From NCBI GenBank assembly GCA_017484205.1, contig JAFUTO010000002.1, forward strand, positions 16,334 through 80,333: a stretch of 64,000 bases of DNA, written 5' to 3'. This document shows, piece by piece, positions 50,001 to 58,548 of this stretch (within the stretch, counting starts at the first letter, position 1; each line of letters opens with the position of its first letter). The notes under the pieces were generated by a model. It was not told the DNA's origin. It did no database searches and was given only the letters and a program-made list of their open reading frames with translations. This DNA is from Bacilli bacterium. GTDB taxonomy: Bacteria; Bacillota_I; Bacilli_A; RF39; UBA660. Both the position numbers and the translations under genes were made by a program.

Positions 50001-53000
50001 AACTGTAGATGGTACAGGTTCATTTACTATGGATGGTGCATCTGATAGTAGTCAAATTAAGGTATTAACAGTAACAGCAGAAGATGAACATAGTCAAGTA
50101 TATCAAATTAAAATTGAAAGAAGTAAATCTACCAACGCTAATTTAAAGACTATTACTATTGATGGTGTAGAAATAGATGGCTTTGATGGAGTTAATAAAC
50201 AAAATTATACTGTTACTGTTCCTGGTACTACTGAAGCAATTACATTAGGCGCTGAAGTAGATGATACAGGAAAAGCAACTATCGAAAATAGTGATACTAT
50301 TTTAGGTAGAAAAGATCTTGTTTATGGATCAGAAGGAAATGTTTATACATTAAAAGTTATTGCTGAAGCTGGCGAAGGTTCTGTTAAAACATATACAGTT
50401 ACAGTAATAAGAAGTAATAATATAGATTCTACATTATCTATGATTCAAATAGGTGGTAGTAATTTAAATGGTTTTGCATCTAACACATATGCATATAACT
50501 ATAATGATACATATTATCAAGATTTAGGTAACGAAAACCAATTAGTAGTACCTTATAATAAAACTAGCATTACTTTGTTAGGTGTTCCTACAGATACCAC
50601 TTATGGAACAGTTAAATATAATGGTACTGCATCAACTGAAGCAACAACTATAAACTTAACAACAGGTGTTAATACTATTACTGTAACGGGTGTTGCGCAT
50701 GATACAAGTAAAACAACAGATTATGTATTAAAAGTATTTAGAACATTGAATTCAAATAATTCAATTACTAAATTAGAGGTTGCTGGTGTAGAAGCTACAT
50801 GGGATGATGAAAACAACAAATATACAGTTACTGTTCCAAATAGTGTTGATAGTGTTGGAACATTAAATGTTAATGTCACATTACCTGCAAAACAAGTAGC
50901 TACAGACCCTGATGCAACTGTAACGATACCAACTATGTCATTAACAACAGATAACGTTAATAATTATCAAATTATTGTTACATCAGAAGCTGGTGAAGCA
51001 AAAACATATCCAGTTGAAATAACAAGAGCAAAATCAACTGTAAAAACATTAACTGCATTAGCTGTAACAAATGGTGCGTTCAGTCCGTCATTTACTCCAA
51101 ACACTAATGAATATACAGTTATTGTACCTGCTTCAACTACTGAATTTACAGTAAGTTATACTAAAGCAGATCCTAAAGAAACTGTAACTGGTGCTAGAAG
51201 ATATGACATGACTTCAAGCAATATGGATGTTATAGTTGAAGTTCAAGCTGAAGATCCAGAAGAACCAGTTAATAGATATACATTACATATTGAAAGAACT
51301 GAGTCAGCAGTTAATACTTTAAGTAGTATTGTTGTTAATTCAGGAGAGACTATTTATGCTTTAAATCCATTATTTAGTCCAGATAAAACTTCATATGTAG
51401 TAGAAGTACCTGGTACTGTATCACAAGTTAATATTACAGCTACACCTACAGACAGTAGATCTACTGTAACAGGTGATGGTGTTAAAACAGTAAGTAGGGG
51501 TGATAATACATTTACTATTACATCTACTTCTGAAACAAATACATTTATTAATTATACTGTTAATGTTAAAGTATTAGATAAAACAATAAATACATTAAAT
51601 AATATAACAGTAACTTTGGATGATGGAACAGTTTTACCATTAAGTCCTAATTTTGCATCTGATATTCAAAATTATACAATTGCTGATCAACCATATAGTG
51701 TTACTACAGTAAATATCGGTGTAGAAAGAACTGATAGTGATTCAACAGTTAAAATTGGTAATGTTGATTATACAATGACTGATGAAACTAATGGTATTAC
51801 AGTACCACAAAGTCTAAACGCTGGTGCGAACACAATAAAAGTTGTTGTTACAGCACAGGATGGAACTTCTAGTACATATAATATCCGTATTAGAAGAGAA
51901 GAAAACGATGATGCTACTTTAAGGACATTAAATGTTTCAGGTGGATCTTTATCACCTACATTTGCTCCTGAAATTACATCATATTCAGTAGAATTAGATA
52001 GTGATGTAACTACATTATCTCCATCAGAAGTAACTGCAATAGCTACTGATTCAAATGCAACAGTAACAAAAGATCCAACAGTTACAATAAGTGATGATGG
52101 AACTACTATATATGATATCTTAGTAACAGCTCAAAATGGTACAACAAAAACATATTCAATAACTGTATCTAGAAAGAAAAGTGCTGATGCTAAGTTGAAG
52201 AGAGTAGATTTGACTGGCGCTTCTATTAGTCCATCATTTACTCCAAACAATGATCAATATACATTAAATATTTCTTCAACATCAACAGAGTTTACAATTC
52301 AAGGTATTCCTAATCATGATAATGCTACTGTGTCATATAATGGTGTAGGATCAACAGAAGGTATTACATATCCTGCTTCAACTGATACTGTTTCTATTAC
52401 AGTAACAGCAGAAGATGGAAGTACAACAAAGACGTATACATTTAATGTTGTAACTGCTACTGCAAGAGACGCTACATTAGCTGACTTGGAAGTATTAGGA
52501 TATACTTTAGATCCTGAATTTGATACAACTACTGTTGTATATGATATTGGTGAAGTTGAGTTTGGAACAGATAGTTTAACTATTATTGCGACTCCTACAA
52601 ATACTAATGCTACAGTTAATTATTATGTAGATGGTGTTAAGCAAGATGATAATGTCGTTGATTTACCACAAGCATTAGGTAGTAAGAGTATTACAATTGA
52701 AGTTGTACCTGCTACAGGTTCAAAAGCGCAAGCTAAGTATTATTCTGTTAATTATGACATGGTTACATCTAGAAATAATTATTTAGCTACATTAATACCA
52801 AGTAGTGGTACATTAAGCCCATCATTCTCAAAAGGTAGAACTGCTTATTCAATGACAGTACCTTATGATACTGAAAGCATATCATTCCAAGTAACTACTG
52901 ATAATAACCAATCATCAGTAAGTAATGATGGTACAACATTTATGTTTACAGATGCTGAACCAGCTACTTATGTATATAATGATTTGCGTGTAGGCACAAA

Positions 53001-54150
53001 TACAATGACATTTACGGTAAGAGCTGCTAATGGTGCATTAAGAGATTATGTTGTAACTGTTACAAAGACAGGTAGAACACCATCTTCAGATGTTTATTTA
53101 TCTAGTTTAAAAGTAGATAATTATGAGTTGACACCTAGTTTTGATAAAACCGAAGAGGTTTATTCAATAGGAAGTATCCCTTATAGTTTACAAACATTAA
53201 CAGTAAGGGCTACAGGTAATTATGCAGGTCAAACAATTACGTATAGTTTAAATGGAACTGATGTTACAGCAAATGATGATGGAAGTGCAACAATTAATGT
53301 TGCTGGAACTACAGGATCTAATTTGATAAATGTTCATGTTGTAGCTGAAAACGGAACATCTACAAAAAATTATCAAATATCTTATACTAAGACGCCATCA
53401 TCTAATGCTTACTTAGCTAGTATGATAGATGGATTACATAAGATTACAAATTTCAATAAAGAAACAAAAGATTATGAAATTAGTGTTGATAGTACAGTTG
53501 GTACATTAACATTAACATTAACTACTGAAGAAGAACATGCTACTATGACTATTAATGGTACTAAACGTACTCATCAATGGGCATATGAAGCTACGAACCT
53601 AAAAGGTGGAACTAATGTTGTTGTAATATTAGTAACAGCAGAAAATGGTGATACAGCAACTTATAAATTGACTATCAATAAAGAAGGTTCAAGTGAACTT
53701 ATAACTTCTGAAGAATTTGGACATATAATAGAAGATGGTTTCATAAAAACAGCAATATTAAATGAAACTATTGGTGATTTAATGTCTAATGAATTGGATA
53801 ATGATGTTGACATGTTACAAGTTTGGGATGCAGAAGAAACTGCTGAAATAAATGATACATCTACTAAAGTTGCTACTGGTCAAATAGTTAGACTAGTTGA
53901 TAGAACAACAGGTGCAGAATTGGATAGAAAAGTAGTAGTTGTTAGGGGAGATACTGATGGCAATGGTTCAATCAATGTATTAGACTCAATTCCAATTGTT
54001 AACCAATCATTAAGAAGATTAACATTAGTTGGTGCCTATGCTCAAGCAGCAGATGTTGATAAGAATGGTTCAATCAATGTATTAGACTCAATTCCAATTG
54101 TTAATCATTCATTAAGAAGAACATTTATAGATTATACTATAGGAAGTTAA
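47074..54150 (+). CDS. Putative adaptor scaffoldin (2358 aa): N-terminal cohesin-like module + ~24 cadherin-like beta-sandwich domains + C-terminal dockerin
   Basis: Signal peptide; N-terminal ~180 aa ending ...DPGAIGFMFFKVKDTAPAGQTFTFAIS, which resembles the cohesin C-terminal strands; repeated cadherin-like units; C-terminus GDTDGNGSINVLDSIPIVNQSLRR...ADVDKNGSINVLDSIPIVNHSLRR (dockerin duplicated segments). Confidence 0.7.
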   Translation: MKMQSSKFKGILLFLVSFMVFTIVPTVAKAATYNFSFSAYNCGNSTYTEDDIIDNCILEYYDGNLAKLNDGVVVDTDKYIMLVLEYEYTSGTGAAVLSVDTSYDNTFVENLSFTQTAIDADNPIFTRSIARKWNSSTSDTGSLVVLAYDSDDETLTYDPGAIGFMFFKVKDTAPAGQTFTFAISDDPDDTRVSDSTGNIHIDWAASPISFKVAGSATSTDTSLKTLNAKGSNATDYSIYMDNGYTTEFSAGTSNRTFYAVVPYDVTSITLNGEVTDSAAQFIPGNGTTYSRNHNLDVGNNEITFRVTAQSGTTEDYYINVYRLSNDASLQTLTTSGNVTLNGFASNVYSYDISTTYATVTTNVTSKPTHENAFVTNSEDVLWDKNTSSGSYTQTFALPGFGTDVNTKVVKVQAEDCLSEYASVPGNTCHTQDYTINVSRLNPSTDATLKALAVDGTSIFVEGTTDYDQGSQPYSKSSADITATANDSKATVVASTVGNKTLNVGDNTITVTVEAEDCKVITGSNPSGSCHTQDYTIKFYRRSNNANLNTLVVTGTGVSMNPAFTDHSYVGPYTVSYPSGATSVNVKASVEEEHATINITGIEDGIDYSNLSNQLSIIVTAEDGNTKTYVLRFSKVLSRESRLDSLTVSGVSLSPSPFDPDTYTYSGSVDGNVEKVTIGATLKDADKSTFMEGYGPREVELNYGDNTFYVRVQGEADDATSSYNVTITRNEKTIKTLKEISIDSVPIDPFDPDTITYTVDPVDYSTTSVTVKAVVTEGSDATYTVLNQSGGVAVGGVINLNTGDNTVTIRVRAQDGSTGDYTVTIPREKNNVATVDSVTVFGNAATCDNDTRKCTITVTNDHSSIAPTDVVVIPTDSSATVTKPTDTRNLVVSTPSNPRTNTYIFSVKAEDGVTTKEYELIITREASDDVSLKEVSVFTNEGQTYRCTTFTGFACTISVPSTTTGYTLSATPNSGAATVDGTGSFTMDGASDSSQIKVLTVTAEDEHSQVYQIKIERSKSTNANLKTITIDGVEIDGFDGVNKQNYTVTVPGTTEAITLGAEVDDTGKATIENSDTILGRKDLVYGSEGNVYTLKVIAEAGEGSVKTYTVTVIRSNNIDSTLSMIQIGGSNLNGFASNTYAYNYNDTYYQDLGNENQLVVPYNKTSITLLGVPTDTTYGTVKYNGTASTEATTINLTTGVNTITVTGVAHDTSKTTDYVLKVFRTLNSNNSITKLEVAGVEATWDDENNKYTVTVPNSVDSVGTLNVNVTLPAKQVATDPDATVTIPTMSLTTDNVNNYQIIVTSEAGEAKTYPVEITRAKSTVKTLTALAVTNGAFSPSFTPNTNEYTVIVPASTTEFTVSYTKADPKETVTGARRYDMTSSNMDVIVEVQAEDPEEPVNRYTLHIERTESAVNTLSSIVVNSGETIYALNPLFSPDKTSYVVEVPGTVSQVNITATPTDSRSTVTGDGVKTVSRGDNTFTITSTSETNTFINYTVNVKVLDKTINTLNNITVTLDDGTVLPLSPNFASDIQNYTIADQPYSVTTVNIGVERTDSDSTVKIGNVDYTMTDETNGITVPQSLNAGANTIKVVVTAQDGTSSTYNIRIRREENDDATLRTLNVSGGSLSPTFAPEITSYSVELDSDVTTLSPSEVTAIATDSNATVTKDPTVTISDDGTTIYDILVTAQNGTTKTYSITVSRKKSADAKLKRVDLTGASISPSFTPNNDQYTLNISSTSTEFTIQGIPNHDNATVSYNGVGSTEGITYPASTDTVSITVTAEDGSTTKTYTFNVVTATARDATLADLEVLGYTLDPEFDTTTVVYDIGEVEFGTDSLTIIATPTNTNATVNYYVDGVKQDDNVVDLPQALGSKSITIEVVPATGSKAQAKYYSVNYDMVTSRNNYLATLIPSSGTLSPSFSKGRTAYSMTVPYDTESISFQVTTDNNQSSVSNDGTTFMFTDAEPATYVYNDLRVGTNTMTFTVRAANGALRDYVVTVTKTGRTPSSDVYLSSLKVDNYELTPSFDKTEEVYSIGSIPYSLQTLTVRATGNYAGQTITYSLNGTDVTANDDGSATINVAGTTGSNLINVHVVAENGTSTKNYQISYTKTPSSNAYLASMIDGLHKITNFNKETKDYEISVDSTVGTLTLTLTTEEEHATMTINGTKRTHQWAYEATNLKGGTNVVVILVTAENGDTATYKLTINKEGSSELITSEEFGHIIEDGFIKTAILNETIGDLMSNELDNDVDMLQVWDAEETAEINDTSTKVATGQIVRLVDRTTGAELDRKVVVVRGDTDGNGSINVLDSIPIVNQSLRRLTLVGAYAQAADVDKNGSINVLDSIPIVNHSLRRTFIDYTIGS

Positions 54151-54166
54151 GGGGGCGAAACGAGGT

Positions 54167-56359
54167 ATGAAAAATATGAAAAAATTAAAATCATTGGTTG
54201 CCATAGTACTAGGATTTTTCCTAGTCTATGCAACTACTGTATTTGCAGCAGGATCTGTAACTGTAGGAATGGGTGGCAATTCATCAGTTGCTGTTGGTTC
54301 TACTATTGATGTTACAATTTACCTTGATAACGTTAATGCAAGTACAGAAGGTATAATTGCTTTTCAAGGTGATATTCATTTTGATACAAATTATTTAGAA
54401 TTAGTAACAGTAACTCCTGCAAGTAGTCCTTATTCATTTGATTATGAAGTAGGTGGAACTGATGTTGTATATTTAACTGGACTTGATACTTCATTTAGAA
54501 AAGGTATCAAATCCAATACAACAATTTATACTTTCACATTTAAAGCATTAAAAAATGGTACTACAACTGTAACATTAGAAAATGTTATAGCAGGTGATCC
54601 TAGTGGTGACGTAAGTGCAAATAACTCAAGTAAAGTAATTAATATTGGTGGTAGTTCAAGTACACCAACAGTTAAAAGTAGCGATGCTGATTTAAAATCA
54701 TTAAGTGTTTCTGGTTATAATATTAGTCCTGCTTTTGATGCAGCAACAACTACTTATACACTTACTGTACCAAGTGATGCAAGCAATGTTACTATTGCAG
54801 CATTACCTTCAAGTGGTAAAGCTTCTGTTAGTGGTGTAGGTTCTAAAACTTTATCAGATGGATTAAATTCAGTAGAAATTACAGTAACAGCAGAAGATGG
54901 TACTAAAAAGACATATACAGTTAATATTACAAAAGAAGCAAGTACAGTTCCAACAACTAAGAGTAGTGATGCTACACTAAAATCATTGGAATTGGCTGGT
55001 GGATATACTGTATCACCAACATTTACTTCTGATAAAACTACATATTCATTAACTGTTCCAAATAATGTTACTTCATTAGATGTTACAGCAATTGCAAATG
55101 ATGCAAATGCTAAAGTAGAAGTAACTGGTAATACAAACTGGAAAACAGGAGTTAACCCTGTTAAAGTTACAGTAACAGCAGAAGATGGTACAACTAAAGT
55201 ATATACAGTTAACGTAACAAGAAAAGATAATACTTCAGCTGTAAGTGGAGGTACTACTCCTACTAAGAGTTCTAATAATTATTTAAAAGAATTATCTACT
55301 AAAAATGGTGATATAAGTCCAGTATTTAGTAAAACAACAAGTAATTATAGTGTTACTGTTCCATATAATGTTTCTAGATTAGACTTAAATTATTTAGTGG
55401 AAGATGAAAAATCTTCAGTTAAAATCAATGGTAATAGTGATTTTAAAGTAGAATCAGTTAACACTGTTGAAGTTGTTGTAACAGCAGAAGATGGAAGTCA
55501 AAGAACTTATACAATTAATGTTACAAGATCTTCAAAAACAGGTGAAAACTTATTAGATGATATTATTATTGGTGGTGGAAGTACAAGTTTAAATCCAAAA
55601 TTTAAACCAACAACTTATGATTATGGTATTGAATTAGATCGTAATACAACTAGTATTGATATTACACCTATAACAAGTAATCCAAATGCTAAAGTGGAAG
55701 TAACAGGTAATGAAAATTTACAAGAAGGAAATAATACTATTTTGATTAAAGTTACTGATCAAGAAGGCTTTGTTCAATATTATAAAATTAACGCTTATAA
55801 GAAAGCTACAAATGGAATTGTTCTATTTGGTATAGATTTTCCCAGGTGGATGGTTTATACGGCTATTGCGTTGGTTCCTGCCTTATTAATCCTATTAGTA
55901 CTTGCTAAAAAGAAACAAGAAAATAAGGAATTAGCACCAGCAGCTTCAACAATTGAATTCAAGCCAGAATTTAATTTCTCATCTAAAAATGGTACGGATG
56001 ATGATTATGTTGAATCAGGTGGCGTATTAAACCAAGTAGTTAAAGAAAAAGAGGAATCTCTTGAAAAAACAGCTGTTGATATTAGAGATATTCCAACTAG
56101 TGCAGTTGGTATTACTGAAGGAATATCTACTGGATTAAATAAGAGTATGATGGAAGAATATCCAAGAAAGGTTATAGAAGAAGAGCCTGAGCAAATACCT
56201 TATGATCCATATGATGATAAAGTTACAAAAGAAGAACTTATCGATGCGATTAATGAAAAAAATCCAGAAAAGTTAAAAATACTATATCAACAAGAAATGT
56301 TAAATAGAGAAAAAGAAAGAGTAAAAGAAGCTGAATATCATGAAAGACATAGAAGATAA
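54167..56359 (+). CDS. Membrane-anchored cohesin-domain protein (cohesin + five cadherin-like domains + TM helix + ~170-aa acidic cytoplasmic tail)
   Basis: 730 aa; signal peptide; cohesin-like domain (GSVTVGMGGNSSVAVGSTIDVTIYLDNV...IHFDTNYLELVTV...TIYTFTFKALKNGTTTVTLENV); TM segment WMVYTAIALVPALLILLVLA followed by KKKQENKE...; lies 16 nt downstream of the adaptor gene. Confidence 0.7.
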   Translation: MKNMKKLKSLVAIVLGFFLVYATTVFAAGSVTVGMGGNSSVAVGSTIDVTIYLDNVNASTEGIIAFQGDIHFDTNYLELVTVTPASSPYSFDYEVGGTDVVYLTGLDTSFRKGIKSNTTIYTFTFKALKNGTTTVTLENVIAGDPSGDVSANNSSKVINIGGSSSTPTVKSSDADLKSLSVSGYNISPAFDAATTTYTLTVPSDASNVTIAALPSSGKASVSGVGSKTLSDGLNSVEITVTAEDGTKKTYTVNITKEASTVPTTKSSDATLKSLELAGGYTVSPTFTSDKTTYSLTVPNNVTSLDVTAIANDANAKVEVTGNTNWKTGVNPVKVTVTAEDGTTKVYTVNVTRKDNTSAVSGGTTPTKSSNNYLKELSTKNGDISPVFSKTTSNYSVTVPYNVSRLDLNYLVEDEKSSVKINGNSDFKVESVNTVEVVVTAEDGSQRTYTINVTRSSKTGENLLDDIIIGGGSTSLNPKFKPTTYDYGIELDRNTTSIDITPITSNPNAKVEVTGNENLQEGNNTILIKVTDQEGFVQYYKINAYKKATNGIVLFGIDFPRWMVYTAIALVPALLILLVLAKKKQENKELAPAASTIEFKPEFNFSSKNGTDDDYVESGGVLNQVVKEKEESLEKTAVDIRDIPTSAVGITEGISTGLNKSMMEEYPRKVIEEEPEQIPYDPYDDKVTKEELIDAINEKNPEKLKILYQQEMLNREKERVKEAEYHERHRR

Positions 56360-56412
56360 TCATCTTCTTTTTTCTTATTAAAATAAAATAGATGATTAAA
56401 TCATCTATTTTT
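56348..56412. terminator. Two back-to-back terminators for convergent genes (agaagat-aatc-atcttct + T-run; aatagatgatt-aaa-tcatctatt)
   Basis: Hairpins with flanking T/A runs located between the convergent 54167..56359 (+) and rarA (-) genes. Confidence 0.6.
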
Positions 56413-57625
56413 CATTGAACCATCTTTTTAATTCTTCGTATCTTTCTTTAAATTTCTTTTCTTGCAATGAACTTCCATTTAATTCTAAATATTCTTTGTT
56501 TCTAATTTTATCTGGCATATATTGTTGTTTTACAAAATTGTTTGGATAGTCATGTGGGTATAGATATGTAGTAGTATTAATCCTAATATTTTCAGGTATA
56601 TTACCAGAATTACCTTTTCTTATATCTTCTAGTGCTCTATCTAAAGCGACATGTGCTGAATTAGATTTAGGGGATAAAGCCATTTCAGTAACAATTAGTG
56701 ATAGTGGTATTCTTCCTTCCGGTAAACCAACTCTTTCACATGCGTTAATAGCAGCATCTATTTTAACTCCAATAGATGGATTAGCAAGACCTATATCTTC
56801 ATAACCTATGACAGTCATTCTTCTATATATAGAATCTAGATCACCTTCTTCAATTAATCTAGCTAAATAGTGTAGGGAGGCATTAACATCACTACCTCTA
56901 ATAGATTTTTGAAACGCTGATAATAAATCATAATGCCCATCTTCATTCGCATCACTAAACAAAGCGGGTTTATTATTAATTGTTTTTAACACATCTATTG
57001 TAACTTTAAAATCAGTAGTAGAGTAGTAAGCTATTTCAAGTAGGTTATAGGCAAATCTTAAATCTCCATTTGAAAGCCTTGTTATATATTTAATTGCTTT
57101 TTCATCTATTTTAATTTTAGGAAGTAATTTCTTTTTTATAACATCATGAATAGCTTTAGATACATCTTCATCATCCAAAGGTTTTAATTCAAATATTTGA
57201 CATCTAGATCTAATAGCTGGATTAATTGAATGATATGGATTAGAAGTAGTCATACCAATTAAAGTAACTAATCCGTTCTCCAAATATGGTAGTAATAAAT
57301 CTTGTTTATCCTTATTCATACGATGTATTTCGTCCATCACAATAACAATACCTTCATACATTTTTGCTTCTTCAATAACTACATCAAAATCTTGTTTATT
57401 ATTAATAACGGCATTTAGCATTCTATATCTTAGTCCAAGCTCATTTACAATAGCTAAAGCCAAAGTGGTTTTACCAATACCTGGTTTACCATATAAAATC
57501 ATAGAAAATATTTTTTTATTTTTGGTTATATTTCTTAATACTTTATTTTCTCCAATTAAATGTTTTTGACCATATACTTCATCAATAGTGTTAGGTCTAG
57601 CAGTAAAAGCTAATGGTTCTGCCAT
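56405..57625 (-). CDS. rarA: Replication-associated recombination protein A (AAA+ ATPase RarA/MgsA)
   Basis: Walker A GKPGIGKTTLA, Walker B VIVMDEIHR, sensor motifs; N-terminus LAFTARP.TIDEVYGQKHL; start chosen at MAEPLAF (RBS aggtga). Confidence 0.85.
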   Translation of the reverse strand: MAEPLAFTARPNTIDEVYGQKHLIGENKVLRNITKNKKIFSMILYGKPGIGKTTLALAIVNELGLRYRMLNAVINNKQDFDVVIEEAKMYEGIVIVMDEIHRMNKDKQDLLLPYLENGLVTLIGMTTSNPYHSINPAIRSRCQIFELKPLDDEDVSKAIHDVIKKKLLPKIKIDEKAIKYITRLSNGDLRFAYNLLEIAYYSTTDFKVTIDVLKTINNKPALFSDANEDGHYDLLSAFQKSIRGSDVNASLHYLARLIEEGDLDSIYRRMTVIGYEDIGLANPSIGVKIDAAINACERVGLPEGRIPLSLIVTEMALSPKSNSAHVALDRALEDIRKGNSGNIPENIRINTTTYLYPHDYPNNFVKQQYMPDKIRNKEYLELNGSSLQEKKFKERYEELKRWFNEK

Positions 57626-57698
57626 AATTATCACCTATATATATTTTACCATAAATATAGAGATATTATTTTAATATTTAATAAATAAATTATTTAAT

Positions 57699-58500
57699 AA
57701 CGATACAATAAGAACTATATGGGGTAAGGAAGAAGAAAAATACTTTATAAGTGTTGTTGACTTAGTTGGTGTTGTTTCAGAAAGTAAAGCTAAACAAGCA
57801 TATTGGAGAAAATTGAAACAACGTTTAAAAGAAGAAGGAAATGAAACCGTGACAAATTGTCACGCTTTGAAACTTAAAGCACAAGATGGTAAGTATCGTA
57901 TGACTGATGTTGTTGATATTGAAGGAATGTTTAGAATTATTGAATCAATTCCTAGTAAAAATGCAGATCCAATTAAACAATGGTTAGCAAAATTAGGAAG
58001 TGAGAGAATAGATGAAACATTTGATCCTTCATTAGCGGCACAAAGAGCGATAGACTTATATAGATCCAAAGGTTATGATGAAGAATGGATTAGTAAAAGA
58101 GTTAAGTCTTTACAAGAGAGAAAAGGGTTAACTGATTTGTGGAAAGATGCGGGCATTAATGATATTGAATATGCAATTCTAACAAATGAAATTTACAAAG
58201 AATGGTCTGGCATGACTGCAAAACAATATAAATCATTTAAAGGACTTAGGAAAGAATCATTAAGAGATAATTATGTCTGATGTTGAAGTCGCTTTAACTG
58301 AACTATCAGAAATAGCAACTAAAGAACTTGTAAAAACTCAGAAGCCAGTTGGGTTAAAAGAAAATGTTAGGGTGGCAAAAGTTGGTGGTCATACTGCGAA
58401 AGTAGCTCGTGACTATTTAGAAGAAAATATAGGCTCATCAGTCGTCACAAAAGATAATAAATTAAATTATAGATACAATGATACAAAAGAGTTAGAATAA
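57699..58500 (+). pseudogene. Degraded paralog of the dinD-like gene 22939..23778 (N-terminally truncated, +1 frameshift near 58271)
   Basis: In-frame homology begins without a start codon (NDTIRTIWGKEEEKYFISVVDLVGV versus the intact copy's SEIRSVWDSDKEDYYFSVVDVIGV); frame breaks at agagataaTtatgtctga versus the intact copy's agagataatatgtctga; the C-terminal 75-aa remainder is in the +1 frame. Confidence 0.65.
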
Positions 58501-58548
58501 ACTCTTTTTACTTGTATCAAAAAATGATATAATTAATATGGTGAGAAT

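Noticed and set aside
57813-58500. Treating 57813..58280 and 58273..58500 as two separate small genes
   Set aside because: Together they align collinearly with the intact 279-aa dinD-like gene. The split is a single-base insertion frameshift, and the first ORF lacks the conserved N-terminus, so they were annotated as one pseudogene.
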